Shown: positions 37,715-50,482, counted from the first letter of the whole stretch. The stretch is 63,648 bases of DNA, filler included, from Lama guanicoe (GCA_013239625.1; 160 parts of 160 records of this genome joined end to end with filler, not necessarily neighbours in it); one strand, 5' to 3'. The notes: a model not told the origin generated them from the sequence alone. A program made the numbers and translations.

Positions 37715-38612
37715 NNNNNNNNNNNNNNNNNNNNNNNNNNNNNNNNNNNNNNNNNNNNTTAATTAATTAANNNNNNNNNNNNNNNNNNNNNNNNNNNNNN
37801 NNNNNNNNNNNNNNCTGTTTCCCCTCCCAGTCCTTGCATTCCATCAAATCAGACCTGACCCCAGTAACTTCTCCAGAGTCCCAGTTGAGATACCAGAACA
37901 GCACCCAGCCATGGCCTTCTGGATGGGGACTTGCCCATCCACCACCCTCACAGTATTTGTCCACTGTTGCCACCAAACTAGGCCTTCTTCGAATGACTGC
38001 CTGTGATTTTTTTTTTAAATCATACATTAGATTACACCATTCTCATATAAGTATTTCCATTGGGCCCTCCTACGCTGCTGGTGGGAATGTAAATTGGTGC
38101 AGCCATTATGGAANNNNNNNNNNNNNNNNNNNNNNNNNNNNNNNNNNNNNNNNNNNNTTAATTAATTAANNNNNNNNNNNNNNNNNNNNNNNNNNNNNNN
38201 NNNNNNNNNNNNNTCAGGAAGGCACAAGAAAAGAGGTCATTGCAGACACTGAAACCAGTTCACCTCCTGTACTGTGTAATCCCAGCCCCTCCAAGTCTGG
38301 TCCTTAAGATCTTCTATGATCTTACCTCCTTTATTTCCAACTGTGCCTCCCACCCACTACACCTTTAGAAAACATTTTTAAGATCAACAGCCTCTAGTTT
38401 ATTATGAATAGAAAGAAATTTTCAGAATTTACAAACACCCGTATCATTCATTGCAAGGAAAGCTTTTGATTTGAAGGCATTACCCATGTCTTCTTTTCAC
38501 ACTGTATACATTNNNNNNNNNNNNNNNNNNNNNNNNNNNNNNNNNNNNNNNNNNNNTTAATTAATTAANNNNNNNNNNNNNNNNNNNNNNNNNNNNNNNN
38601 NNNNNNNNNNNN

Positions 38613-38790
38613 TGTGGCTCTTAAGTTTAAATTAATCTAAAGTAAGTTAAATTTAAAATTTAGTTCCTTAGTTATAGTAGGTACATTTCAAGTGTTCAAT
38701 AACCACAGGTGGCTGGTGGCTACCATATTGGACAGTACAGATACAGAACAGTTCTGTGATCTAGAAAATTTTGTTGGTCAGCATTCCTCT
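38613..38790 (-). mobile_element. MER3 (hAT-Charlie MITE)
   Basis: acatttcaagtgttcaataaccacaggtggctggtggctaccatattggacagtacagat. Confidence 0.85.
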
Positions 38791-39011
38791 AGAAGCAAGT
38801 GGATTTAATTTGGTGTTCTGAAATATCCACATTGTGGGCATTTTCTCCCCAGATTGTTTGTTTGCTGAACAATATCCAGCAAGGGTTCACCATGCTGGGA
38901 CAGTAGTCATANNNNNNNNNNNNNNNNNNNNNNNNNNNNNNNNNNNNNNNNNNNNTTAATTAATTAANNNNNNNNNNNNNNNNNNNNNNNNNNNNNNNNN
39001 NNNNNNNNNNN

Positions 39012-39310
39012 CTTCTTTTTGTATGTTAATTCTGTACCCTGCTACCTTACTGAATTCTTTTCTTAGCTCTCGTAGTTTTTGTGTGGAGCTTTTAGGGTTT
39101 TGTAAATATGGTATCATGTCATCTGCAAATGGTGAAAATTTCACCTCTACTTTTCTGATTTGGATCTCTTTTATTTCTTTTTCTTGCCTGATTACTGTGG
39201 CTAGGACTCCCAAGACTGTGTTGAATAGAATTGGTGAGAGTGGGCAAAGTTGTCTTTTCCATGATTTTAGTGGGAAGGTTTTCAGTTCTTCACTATGAAG
39301 TATTATGCTG
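39012..39310 (-). mobile_element. LINE-1 ORF2 reverse transcriptase core fragment
   Basis: Translates [51 protein letters not shown] at 39118-39129. Confidence 0.95.
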
Positions 39311-40264
39311 NNNNNNNNNNNNNNNNNNNNNNNNNNNNNNNNNNNNNNNNNNNNTTAATTAATTAANNNNNNNNNNNNNNNNNNNNNNNNNNNNNNNNNN
39401 NNNNNNNNNNTGGCCTCATACTGTTTAGTGAAGTCTTTGCATTTCAAAAACATATCCAGCCAATTCAATTGAAGCCATCAGCAAGAGATTCCTGTTTCCT
39501 TTCAGTCACAGTCAAACTGTAAAAACCAGTGGTTTCCTGCCTGTTTTCCTTTTCTCTGTGCTGATGGAAACACCGACAAAGCAGCTTCTTACGGCCACTT
39601 CTGAATCCCACGAGTTCACTGAGCCAGTCCGTAAGCTGTTTCCCAGTCGCTTCGGGTTTTCAGTGTGGAACTGAACGTGTTCTTACGTAACGCTCTTCCT
39701 GTAACTGAGNNNNNNNNNNNNNNNNNNNNNNNNNNNNNNNNNNNNNNNNNNNNTTAATTAATTAANNNNNNNNNNNNNNNNNNNNNNNNNNNNNNNNNNN
39801 NNNNNNNNNCAGGGCTTCATTCATCACAGAATGCATGAGCATTCTGACCCTCTTAGGACACTTCCCAATCTAAGCATAGCCAAAGGGACAAAGCTGAAAA
39901 GGGTCGACTGCCCTGACCTTGGAAAAGCCACCAAGGACTATCACATGACCAGATGATGTCACACGAACAGAAATGCTACTGGGGATGATTTCTAAGTTTC
40001 TCATTTCTGGAAGAGGTTCTTAAGTTGTAGTCACAATTAAGAAAATGATCAAACATTAGTTTACAGAGGTATCTCTATAAAATGCCAAGAGAACAACTTC
40101 CTCCATAANNNNNNNNNNNNNNNNNNNNNNNNNNNNNNNNNNNNNNNNNNNNTTAATTAATTAANNNNNNNNNNNNNNNNNNNNNNNNNNNNNNNNNNNN
40201 NNNNNNNNGTAACAATGACAACAAAACTAGCAGCCACCACTCGCTGAGTGTCCCTCCGTGATGG

Positions 40265-40500
40265 GAGCGCGGCCAAGGTCATGCGCAGTCTGTTTCTGGG
40301 ATCAGGGCGCCATACGTGATGCAGAGCATCCACCAGTAGTCGAGTGTCCCTCTGGTGGAAGTGCGGCCAAGGTCGGGGAGCGGTCTGTGACCAGGATCAG
40401 GGCTTGTGTGTTACTGGGGCCAAGCACCCTGTGTCCAGGATCAGAAGTCAGTCTGTGGTGAAGATCAAGGCTCAGTGTGTGACCAGGGTCATGTCTAGGC
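40265..40500. repeat. Degenerate ~23-bp minisatellite (GTSTGTGACCAGGATCAGGGCTCA-like)
   Basis: TGTGACCAGG at 40386 and 40478; CCAGGATCAG at 40391 and 40435; GCGGCCAAGGTC at 40269 and 40363. Confidence 0.65.
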
Positions 40501-40607
40501 TTGGGGGNNNNNNNNNNNNNNNNNNNNNNNNNNNNNNNNNNNNNNNNNNNNTTAATTAATTAANNNNNNNNNNNNNNNNNNNNNNNNNNNNNNNNNNNNN
40601 NNNNNNN

Positions 40608-40906
40608 ATCAACTAGGTGACTTTCAACAACAGAAATTTATTTTTTCACATTTCTGAAGGCTAGAAATCTGAAATTAGGATGTGCACATGGCCATGTTCT
40701 TGCTTTGAGGGCTCTGGGGGAGAGTTTGTTGCATCCTTTCTCACATTCTGAGGTTCTGAGGACATGAACTGTGGCAGGATATTAAGAACAAGTTGTATCT
40801 CTCAACCGGTTCCTTGACTCAAAATCATTGAGAAAAGCAGGTACCACAAATTTAGTGGCTTAAAACAATACAATTCTACTGATCAGAAGTCAGCATGGGC
40901 TCAACA
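40608..40906 (-). mobile_element. Two MLT1 LTR fragments
   Basis: aacaacagaaatttatt..cacatttctgaaggctagaaatctgaaat; taccacaaatttagtggcttaaaacaa. Confidence 0.75.
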
Positions 40907-41006
40907 NNNNNNNNNNNNNNNNNNNNNNNNNNNNNNNNNNNNNNNNNNNNTTAATTAATTAANNNNNNNNNNNNNNNNNNNNNNNNNNNNNNNNNNNNNN
41001 NNNNNN

Positions 41007-41305
41007 CCTCTGTCAACCACCTGGTCAACATGCATCTGCAGGCCTCCTACACCTACCTTTCTCTGGGCTTATATTTCGACCACGACGACATGGCTGTGGA
41101 GAGTATTGGCCACGTTTTCCCACGAATTGGCTGAGGAGAAGCACGAGGGCACGGAGCGCCTCTTGAAAATGCAAAACCAGTGCGGCGGCTGCGCCCTCTT
41201 CCAGGACATCCAGAAGCCATCTCAAGATGAGTGGGGTAAAACCCAGGATGCTATGAAAGCTGCTATTGTCCTGGAGAAGAACCTGAACCAGGCCCTTTTG
41301 GATCT
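41007..41305 (+). pseudogene. FTL: Ferritin light chain (FTL) processed pseudogene fragment
   Basis: [23 protein letters not shown]..., +1 frameshift near 41120, then [45 protein letters not shown]; no introns at the FTL exon 1/2 and 2/3 positions. Confidence 0.93.
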
Positions 41306-41509
41306 NNNNNNNNNNNNNNNNNNNNNNNNNNNNNNNNNNNNNNNNNNNNTTAATTAATTAANNNNNNNNNNNNNNNNNNNNNNNNNNNNNNNNNNNNNNN
41401 NNNNNAGTTGTTTCATAGATTTTGTCAAGTTTTCACCTTGTTTACAACAGGAGACAGAAACTGGCACAAGTTTTTCTCTCATGACGAGTAGTGGTGATCA
41501 TCTTACATT

Positions 41510-41704
41510 TCATACGCCAAAAATTGAACTCCCAACCTTCCTGAGGCTCACTCTGTAGCCTTCTCTATCTCAGTCAATGGCTTCTCTGTCTTCTCTGTTG
41601 TTCAGACCAGAAGCTTTCATTCCTCCCTTTCTTTCACACTTCATATCCGAACCATCAGCAAATTCTGTTGGTGTTGTCCCTTTAAATTACATCTAGAATC
41701 TGAC
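41510..41704 (+). mobile_element. LINE-2 fragment
   Basis: ctatctcagtcaatggc..ccatcagcaaattctgttgg..catctagaatctgac. Confidence 0.75.
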
Positions 41705-41804
41705 NNNNNNNNNNNNNNNNNNNNNNNNNNNNNNNNNNNNNNNNNNNNTTAATTAATTAANNNNNNNNNNNNNNNNNNNNNNNNNNNNNNNNNNNNNNNN
41801 NNNN

Positions 41805-42103
41805 CTCAGTTTCCGGCCTGACGTCCTGGAAAGGCAGCCTCTGGATGCAGCTGCGCTCCCTGAGCGGTAGCGGCGGCAGTCTGGACACCTTCCCGGCGGA
41901 AAGGCCGAGGTTGGCGCCCAAAAGCCTTGTTCAGACCCTCGAGAGTATAGCGCTCTTTCCCATATGGGCAGCCTGGGGCGCCGAGCGCGGCTTCCCTGCG
42001 TCCAAATTGCTAGGGTCTTCCCCACACTGGAGGTTGAGCCGAGAACAGCCCCTTCCGCCAAATGACGCTCTCTAGGCCAGAGGAGACCATTCCAACCACC
42101 CGC
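41805..42103. promoter_or_regulatory. CpG-island/promoter-like fragment
   Basis: CpG-rich; ETS-like TTTCCGG next to TGACGT at the contig start; a second TGACG near 42063. Confidence 0.45.
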
Positions 42104-42203
42104 NNNNNNNNNNNNNNNNNNNNNNNNNNNNNNNNNNNNNNNNNNNNTTAATTAATTAANNNNNNNNNNNNNNNNNNNNNNNNNNNNNNNNNNNNNNNNN
42201 NNN

Positions 42204-42502
42204 GCAGTTGTGTTTGATGATTCTCTGCTCTGTCAAGTTACTCTTCTTTCCTCCTTTCCATGCTGTACTCTTTGGAAAGAAGCCACTATGCCCACACTTA
42301 GGGGCTGGGGAGTTCTGCTTCCCCCACCAAAGGGAGGAGTATTTGCATCATGTTTTGGAATTCTGCTTGAGAGATGTGTTTCTCATTCTCCATTTGTTTA
42401 TTAAATAATGTATTTATATCAGTATGAACTCATGGAAATTTTATAGTTTGAAATATAATCCAATACTACTTTACTTTATTGATCAGATTGTTCTAGCTTT
42501 GG
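42204..42502 (-). mobile_element. L1MC-type 3' region
   Basis: ctgtactctttggaaagaagccactatg; tatatcagtatgaactcatgga; tataatccaatact. Confidence 0.75.
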
Positions 42503-43400
42503 NNNNNNNNNNNNNNNNNNNNNNNNNNNNNNNNNNNNNNNNNNNNTTAATTAATTAANNNNNNNNNNNNNNNNNNNNNNNNNNNNNNNNNNNNNNNNNN
42601 NNATTTCAGGAATGGCCAGCGAGGATAATTGCCAGCAGGTGGAGCACAGAGAACACCAAACTTCCATCACCCACCTTCAGTGGTATCTCATAATTACTAC
42701 AGGACAGTCACAAGTAAATGGAATATTTTGAGTACATTTTATTGTCTTGGAATTTAGCCCAAATTTAGTCTCCCTTCATCTTCATCCCAACTTGTCTTGA
42801 CATAATTTGAGATTTTTAGATCTAGGTTTTCATTGTTATGTTTAAAAACCAAGGTCATTATGTAATCTGTTTTTTTCCCCCAGAAAATAACACTGACATG
42901 TNNNNNNNNNNNNNNNNNNNNNNNNNNNNNNNNNNNNNNNNNNNNTTAATTAATTAANNNNNNNNNNNNNNNNNNNNNNNNNNNNNNNNNNNNNNNNNNN
43001 NTTTTTTTTTTAATCTATAAAATGAAGGGGGTGAAACAGATTCTATCTAATTAAGGTCCTTTGAGATTCCAAAGTCCTGTGGCACACGTGTTTGAGTTTT
43101 AAAAAATTAGATTATTAGATCCTGTTTGACCTTTTTGCACTTTAGGTTTCTAAAAAATTGTTTCCCACTTCTCTCTGTACACTATATAAATGTCTCATTG
43201 CTTTGGATTGTAATACAACTGTCCTTACTCTTACTTTAACTTAGGCCATGGTATTCTTCACACCTGGATAATGTTTCTTCCAACCTGGAAGACAAAGTGG
43301 NNNNNNNNNNNNNNNNNNNNNNNNNNNNNNNNNNNNNNNNNNNNTTAATTAATTAANNNNNNNNNNNNNNNNNNNNNNNNNNNNNNNNNNNNNNNNNNNN

Positions 43401-43699
43401 AGTGTCGATGGCTGCTGACTGATCAGGGTGGTGGTTTCTGAGGGTTAGAGGTGACTGTGGCCACAAGACGACAATGACGTTTGGCACGTTGACTGACTCT
43501 TCCTTTCACTTGAATTGTACGGTTATTAATTGGCCTAATTTCAATCTTGTTGTGTCTCTGGGAATAAACAGATCCACTGAGAAGGAGAGAGACATGAGAA
43601 CAGCCTGTCTGTGGAGCAGTCAGAACACACACAGCATTTATCAGTTAAGTTCATCATACTTTTAAGGGTGTGATCTGTGGTCTTCCAAAACAATTACAA
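43401..43699 (-). mobile_element. Tigger1 internally deleted derivative
   Basis: gatggctgctgactgatcagggtggtgg (Tigger1 3' arm) joined to ttattaattggcctaatttcaat..ggagcagtcagaacacacac (5' arm). Confidence 0.8.
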
Positions 43700-44198
43700 N
43701 NNNNNNNNNNNNNNNNNNNNNNNNNNNNNNNNNNNNNNNNNNNTTAATTAATTAANNNNNNNNNNNNNNNNNNNNNNNNNNNNNNNNNNNNNNNNNNNNC
43801 CGTCTCATTCAGAGTCTCTCTGATGCCCCTGCCTTCCATCCTAGTCCCACCCATGGCCTAGGGATCTCATCCTGTCACATGCTGAGAAGTGTTTATACCT
43901 AATCTACTCAGAAACCACGAGTACATGGACTCAGAGACCATGCTGTAAGCCTCTAACTGCCAAGAGCAGTGCCTGGTCTTCCTCAGAAGAAAGTCTTTCC
44001 TGCCACGAAGGGCCCCAAGACCAAACATCAGTCCTACTGTCAAAACAACAAACACCACCAGTCATCAGCCAGGCTCAGCTTGCATGGCAGTGTGAGGANN
44101 NNNNNNNNNNNNNNNNNNNNNNNNNNNNNNNNNNNNNNNNNNTTAATTAATTAANNNNNNNNNNNNNNNNNNNNNNNNNNNNNNNNNNNNNNNNNNNN

Positions 44199-44497
44199 TT
44201 CAAGGCTTATCATAAAATGTCAAAAAGTGGGCGATGACCCACTTTCTAGGAATCTCAGCCCCTTCCCCAAAGTAGCTAGAATAATCCACATTCTGCCCAT
44301 AGGACGTGTATCTCCTAGACTGCGGCCTTTCTCTGGCCTTCTGAGACCACCTGCACTCTGTCTACAGAGGGTCTGTCTCCCTGAATAAATCTACCTTCAC
44401 TCCGCCATGGCTCACTCTTGAATTCTTTCCTGCGTGAAGCCAAGGACTCTCATGTGGCGGGGCAAGTCCCAGGGACCTGGCCGAGACCTGGGATACG
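44199..44497 (+). mobile_element. ERV1-class LTR (MER41-like) R/U5 region
   Basis: AATAAA followed by ctcactcttgaattctttcctgcgtgaagccaagga. Confidence 0.7.
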
Positions 44498-45395
44498 NNN
44501 NNNNNNNNNNNNNNNNNNNNNNNNNNNNNNNNNNNNNNNNNTTAATTAATTAANNNNNNNNNNNNNNNNNNNNNNNNNNNNNNNNNNNNNNNNNNNNGTG
44601 GGAACCTAGAAATTAAAGCCAGTGGTAAGTTCTACAAAACGTTTTCTTTCACGTGACACTGCCTCCTTGTGACATATTCAGTTTCTGAAGCTTTTAAATC
44701 AGAAGGCAAACTTCCTGTTTGCAAAGAGGCAGGGAAACGGTTGTAGATTTCCATGACTTATTTTCCCTAAGAAGCCGGGCAGTGATACCACCAGACAAAT
44801 CAGGGTTAGATTTGGAAATAAAGTTCTACTGATTCTAACAGGTGACGTTAAAAAAACTACAAAGTTTAGTAATACTTAACAGCGCATAAGTCCTCANNNN
44901 NNNNNNNNNNNNNNNNNNNNNNNNNNNNNNNNNNNNNNNNTTAATTAATTAANNNNNNNNNNNNNNNNNNNNNNNNNNNNNNNNNNNNNNNNNNNNCTGA
45001 CAGCCTAGCAGGAAGAATGATTCAAATAAGGGCAATATTTCTAAAAGTAACAATTGTAGAAAGGGAATTCTCTAGAGCCATTTAGTGTGGAGTTAAACTA
45101 GCTTCCCAAGGACATTCCTATTGCAGCTTAATGCTAAATTTGCTGTTCATTATAATGATTCCTGGGGCAATTGCAATTATTTTGATAGGGATTTTACAGT
45201 TAGCAAGAGTTCCATCCCAAAATATTCAAAAATGGGTCTGGGTGGCTGCTCAAAGTATTAAGCTTTAATAATGAGAAAATTTACTCGTTAGAAACNNNNN
45301 NNNNNNNNNNNNNNNNNNNNNNNNNNNNNNNNNNNNNNNTTAATTAATTAANNNNNNNNNNNNNNNNNNNNNNNNNNNNNNNNNNNNNNNNNNNN

Positions 45396-45694
45396 TTATT
45401 CCTTAAAAGGTTAAACATAAGTTAGCATATGAGCCAGGGATTCCACTTCTAGGTACACACCCAAGAGAAAAGAAAGTGTATGTCCACACAATAAACTTTA
45501 CACAAGTGTTCACAGCAGCATTTTTCATAACAGCCAAAAAGGAGAAACAATCCAAGGGTCATTCAACTGACAAATGACTAAAATGTAACATATTCATACA
45601 GAGGAATGTTTTTCATTAAAAAAAAGAATGAAGTACTGAACATGTTACAACGTGGATGAAACTTGAAACCATTATGTTAAGTGGGGGAAAAAAA
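45396..45694 (+). mobile_element. L1MB-type ORF2 end
   Basis: attccacttctaggtacacacccaagagaaa; gtgttcacagcagca; gaatgaagtactga. Confidence 0.85.
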
Positions 45695-46193
45695 NNNNNN
45701 NNNNNNNNNNNNNNNNNNNNNNNNNNNNNNNNNNNNNNTTAATTAATTAANNNNNNNNNNNNNNNNNNNNNNNNNNNNNNNNNNNNNNNNNNNNGCATGT
45801 ATCTTTTCAAATTAAAGTCTTTGTGACACCATATCCCATTTTCATCATCACCTTACTATACACAAAAAAAATGATTGTACCAAATAAACAATGATGTGCT
45901 AAAATCTTTAATTCAAGGTCATCTGGGTAACAGAGCAGGTAAAGCTTACTGTATGTAGGAATGGTATAATAAGTATATTAGACAATAAATAATAAAGAAA
46001 AAGTCTAAAAATATAAATAAAACCATTTAACAAGTATATAAAGACAGTTTAGAAATTTAGAATAAAAAATCCTGGTCTCCATGTTGTTCCCAANNNNNNN
46101 NNNNNNNNNNNNNNNNNNNNNNNNNNNNNNNNNNNNNTTAATTAATTAANNNNNNNNNNNNNNNNNNNNNNNNNNNNNNNNNNNNNNNNNNNN

Positions 46194-46492
46194 TAACAGA
46201 TTATGTACAAAACGTTCCATCCAAAAGCAACAGAATACAATATTGGGTTTGGGAAATGGGAGATACAAACTATTGGGTATAAGATAGGCTACAAGGATGT
46301 ATCATGCAACATAGGGAATAGAGCCAGTATTTTGTAACAACTGTAAATGGAGTATAACCTTTAAAAACTGTGTAAAATAAAAGAAAAAAAAAGCAACAGA
46401 ATGCACATCTTGTCAACCTAAATGTCCACTGACAGATGAATGGAGAAATACGCTGATTTTTTTATATATATAAATACACACACACACACACA
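46194..46492 (+). mobile_element. Short L1 3' end (46240-46388) inserted with TSD into an older L1
   Basis: TSD AAAAGCAACAGAATACA (46223-46239) / AAAAGCAACAGAATGCA (46389-46405). Confidence 0.8.
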
Positions 46493-48986
46493 NNNNNNNN
46501 NNNNNNNNNNNNNNNNNNNNNNNNNNNNNNNNNNNNTTAATTAATTAANNNNNNNNNNNNNNNNNNNNNNNNNNNNNNNNNNNNNNNNNNNNTGTTTGAA
46601 GCATATTTACACCCAGGTAAAAGTTCACTTTGCTCTAAACTAGGTCAGAAACCTGTTGGTGACCTATCAGTTACTCTTCATTAACTTTTAAGGACGTTGC
46701 CACTGGTGGATAGAACTGTGCTGGTTCTCTTAAGTAGTAAAAAGGGCTCAAGTTTGTTTAACTCACTGAGGATGTATGAAAATGTCGAGATTATGAATAC
46801 TGTCAGGACAGAGAAAATTTATATATCTTAACAAAAACATGTACATGCATTCAAAACCATACTCAAACTTCATAATGTTTTTTATGAAGATNNNNNNNNN
46901 NNNNNNNNNNNNNNNNNNNNNNNNNNNNNNNNNNNTTAATTAATTAANNNNNNNNNNNNNNNNNNNNNNNNNNNNNNNNNNNNNNNNNNNNGCTGTAAGA
47001 AAAACCTACAAAAATCACACAAAAACTATGAGGATCCTTCACAAAGTTCTGTAATGTGGATAATTTGTAAACTCAATATTCAAAATCAATAGGTTTTCTA
47101 ATGCTAGCAACAATCTGTAAAAACATTCCATAGCCATAAACACTGCAAAGACTTAGGAATACATCCAGTGATAAATATGCAGGACAGACGTATTTATAGT
47201 CTACAACATTTTACTGAGATGAACTAGAAGATTGGGATGAGTAAAGGAAACATGTTTTCCTGGATGAGAAAGCAAAAGCTCACAAGTCTTNNNNNNNNNN
47301 NNNNNNNNNNNNNNNNNNNNNNNNNNNNNNNNNNTTAATTAATTAANNNNNNNNNNNNNNNNNNNNNNNNNNNNNNNNNNNNNNNNNNNNCAGAAGAAGA
47401 ATTTTTAAGCTGTTAGAATCTTTTGGTCAAAGGAAATTCTTTTTAAATTGTTATTTTTTTTTTCCCAGAGAGGTATGTTGGGTGATAACTATCTTCCAGA
47501 CATAAAAATATATTACATTAGAATCAAATTCTGTGGGGCAAATTGATTGAATATGCAGCTTCAAAGAGTGAAAAGGAACAATATGAAAGTTCCATCTGTC
47601 AGAGAGTTTACTTTTAAAAATATATAATGTGAATATCAAAATAACTATATTATTTTGATTCCATTGGATACATTTAAAACAGTGGTGTGNNNNNNNNNNN
47701 NNNNNNNNNNNNNNNNNNNNNNNNNNNNNNNNNTTAATTAATTAANNNNNNNNNNNNNNNNNNNNNNNNNNNNNNNNNNNNNNNNNNNNTAACCTTTTCA
47801 GATAATTGTGGAATGTTCCTTTTTGATACAAAACTAAACCACAAGTGGTAGCTTCTCAAAGGTTATTTGCAATGTGGGCCTGAAAGAATATAACTGAATA
47901 TTTCCTATTCTGTTACATTAAAATCCATAGGCCTTTCTTGCACACTGAATGTCTCTTGTACTGATGAACAATGTCTTTTAGCTAATACATTGTTTCACTG
48001 AGTTATATAGATCTTCCAACGTACAGAATGATGTCATGGTCTTCTTTTGTCTCACTGTATCATGGTCTCAGGTGTCCTTGTGTGATGTNNNNNNNNNNNN
48101 NNNNNNNNNNNNNNNNNNNNNNNNNNNNNNNNTTAATTAATTAANNNNNNNNNNNNNNNNNNNNNNNNNNNNNNNNNNNNNNNNNNNNGACCAAGCTAAC
48201 AGGGTACCTAATTCAGAGCATGGCCTGAGCTGAAGGTAGAGAATGACTGGGTACAAGGTTGTTTAGAAAAATGCTGAATTTCAAGAATATTTATGAAAGG
48301 CAGTGGGAAGACAGAAAATGAGGAGAGCTTATTTAAAAGCATGAGAGTAATGACATATTCCCTAAAATACAAAGCGACAGATTTCAGGATATTCCTAAAG
48401 TAATTAAAAGAACACATTGAGTATAATCTAAAAAACTTCTGAATCACTATGTTGTACATCTGAAACTAATATAATATTGTAAATCAANNNNNNNNNNNNN
48501 NNNNNNNNNNNNNNNNNNNNNNNNNNNNNNNTTAATTAATTAANNNNNNNNNNNNNNNNNNNNNNNNNNNNNNNNNNNNNNNNNNNNAGTTGTGTGTTGC
48601 AGTGCCAGGGCTGGAATTTATCATGAAACTTGTCCCTTCTCCTAGCTGCTTATCTGAAATTGCTGAATGTGTGGTCATTTTGGTTTTTTCTTTCCTCTAA
48701 TATGACTGATTAGATTCCAGATATTCATGGTCCCATGAAGTTCTGTCCAGTGGGCCTGGACGTTTAACTGTGGCCTCTCCTGATGTGACAATGGACTCTT
48801 TGCTTGTCCCCAGTCTGCCGGAGGCCTGGAGGAGCCAGGCCTCACCTGACGCCTGGCAAGTGCCTGCTCAGGTGAGTTTAACTCACNNNNNNNNNNNNNN
48901 NNNNNNNNNNNNNNNNNNNNNNNNNNNNNNTTAATTAATTAANNNNNNNNNNNNNNNNNNNNNNNNNNNNNNNNNNNNNNNNNNNN

Positions 48987-49270
48987 CAGTATCTCGATTT
49001 CAGTCTATATGTGTCTCGAAGTCTGAAGCAAGTCTCTCGCAGGCAGCAAATATATGGGTCATGCTTTGTTATCTATTCAACCAGTCTGTGTCTCTTGGTT
49101 GGAGCATTTAGTCCATTTACATTTTAAGGTAATTACCGACAATATGTTCTTATTGCCATTTTGTTAATTGTTTTGAATTTGTATTAGTAGGTCTTTTTCT
49201 TCCTTTTCTTCTTTTATTCTCTTCTTTGTGATGTGGTGATTCTATTTAATGTTATGTTTTGGATTTCTTT
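48987..49270 (-). mobile_element. LINE-1 ORF2 start fragment
   Basis: gtctctcgcaggcagca; ggagcatttagtccatttacatt. Confidence 0.85.
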
Positions 49271-50183
49271 GTGTGTGTGTGTGTGNNNNNNNNNNNNNNN
49301 NNNNNNNNNNNNNNNNNNNNNNNNNNNNNTTAATTAATTAANNNNNNNNNNNNNNNNNNNNNNNNNNNNNNNNNNNNNNNNNNNNCAGCCTGTGGTAGGT
49401 GAGCTTTCCGCCTGTGTTGTGCTCCTGGCTGCCTCTTTGTTTCCTGGTTCTTCTTCCTTCTAGGGGAAGGCAGCCACGCAGGCAGCATCTGCTCTTCAGT
49501 AGCTTCATGATACTTTAGCTTCTAGCTGTGCTGCAGTATGTCATCTCTTCTGTTTGTACTTTCAGGTTTCTGGAAGGCAGCTTTAGTGTGTGTGGGCCCT
49601 GGCAGAATGACAGTCAGGAGAGCTGAAGAAAACTCCTGGAGTGGGGTGGGGGAGGGAGCATCTTTGGGTAATTCAGGTTTTATANNNNNNNNNNNNNNNN
49701 NNNNNNNNNNNNNNNNNNNNNNNNNNNNTTAATTAATTAANNNNNNNNNNNNNNNNNNNNNNNNNNNNNNNNNNNNNNNNNNNNTTTAAAGGATTTTAGG
49801 ACATGACTGACATTTTATCTCTTCTGTTATCTTGTATTCTTCACCCCAACAAAAGGCAAGATCCTTTGTTACCCATTGTTATCTGCTCTGCTCCGTGTAA
49901 ACTTTGCAACTTTACGTAATTTTCCTACGTGAAACTTTTTCAATTTTCATTTGCATCTGACACGCAGCAGCATACTGCTAAATATTAAAACAATATAGAC
50001 ATTTAGAAAGTTAAAATGAGCTCTTAACTTCACCTTCCAGAGATAGTCTCTAAAAAGTTTCATATATATTCTAGAATTTTTTTNNNNNNNNNNNNNNNNN
50101 NNNNNNNNNNNNNNNNNNNNNNNNNNNTTAATTAATTAANNNNNNNNNNNNNNNNNNNNNNNNNNNNNNNNNNNNNNNNNNNN

Positions 50184-50482
50184 TTATGTTGAAAATAAAT
50201 AAAATAAAAGTTGAAAAATAAATTAAAAATCATAAAATCAACAGCTTTAATTTTTCTTATAAATATTAACAACCAGGTAAGCATTTAGCCAGGCTTATCA
50301 AGAAATACAGAGACTGGACCCTTACAAAATAAGAAATGAAACAGTAGAAATAACATCTGATATTATAGAAATACAAAAAATGATTATGAATGCAGTATGA
50401 GCTGTTATATGACAACAAATTGGATGACCTAATGAAATGGACAAATTTCTAGAAATGTACAGCCTGACCACAATGAATAAAA
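50184..50482 (+). mobile_element. LINE-1 ORF2 fragment
   Basis: aacaaattggatgacctaatgaaatggacaaatttctagaaa. Confidence 0.85.

Noticed and set aside
39012..39310. Reverse transcriptase motif as a retron/DGR-type system
   Set aside because: Sequence is ordinary mammalian LINE-1 ORF2 ([14 protein letters not shown]).
41958..41968. CCCATATGGG as an SRF CArG box
   Set aside because: Only four central A/T bases; does not fit CC(A/T)6GG.
44598..44630. Exon ends at contig edges (GNLEIKAS|gtaagt; also CAG|gtaaga on minus near 33714)
   Set aside because: Too short to assign.
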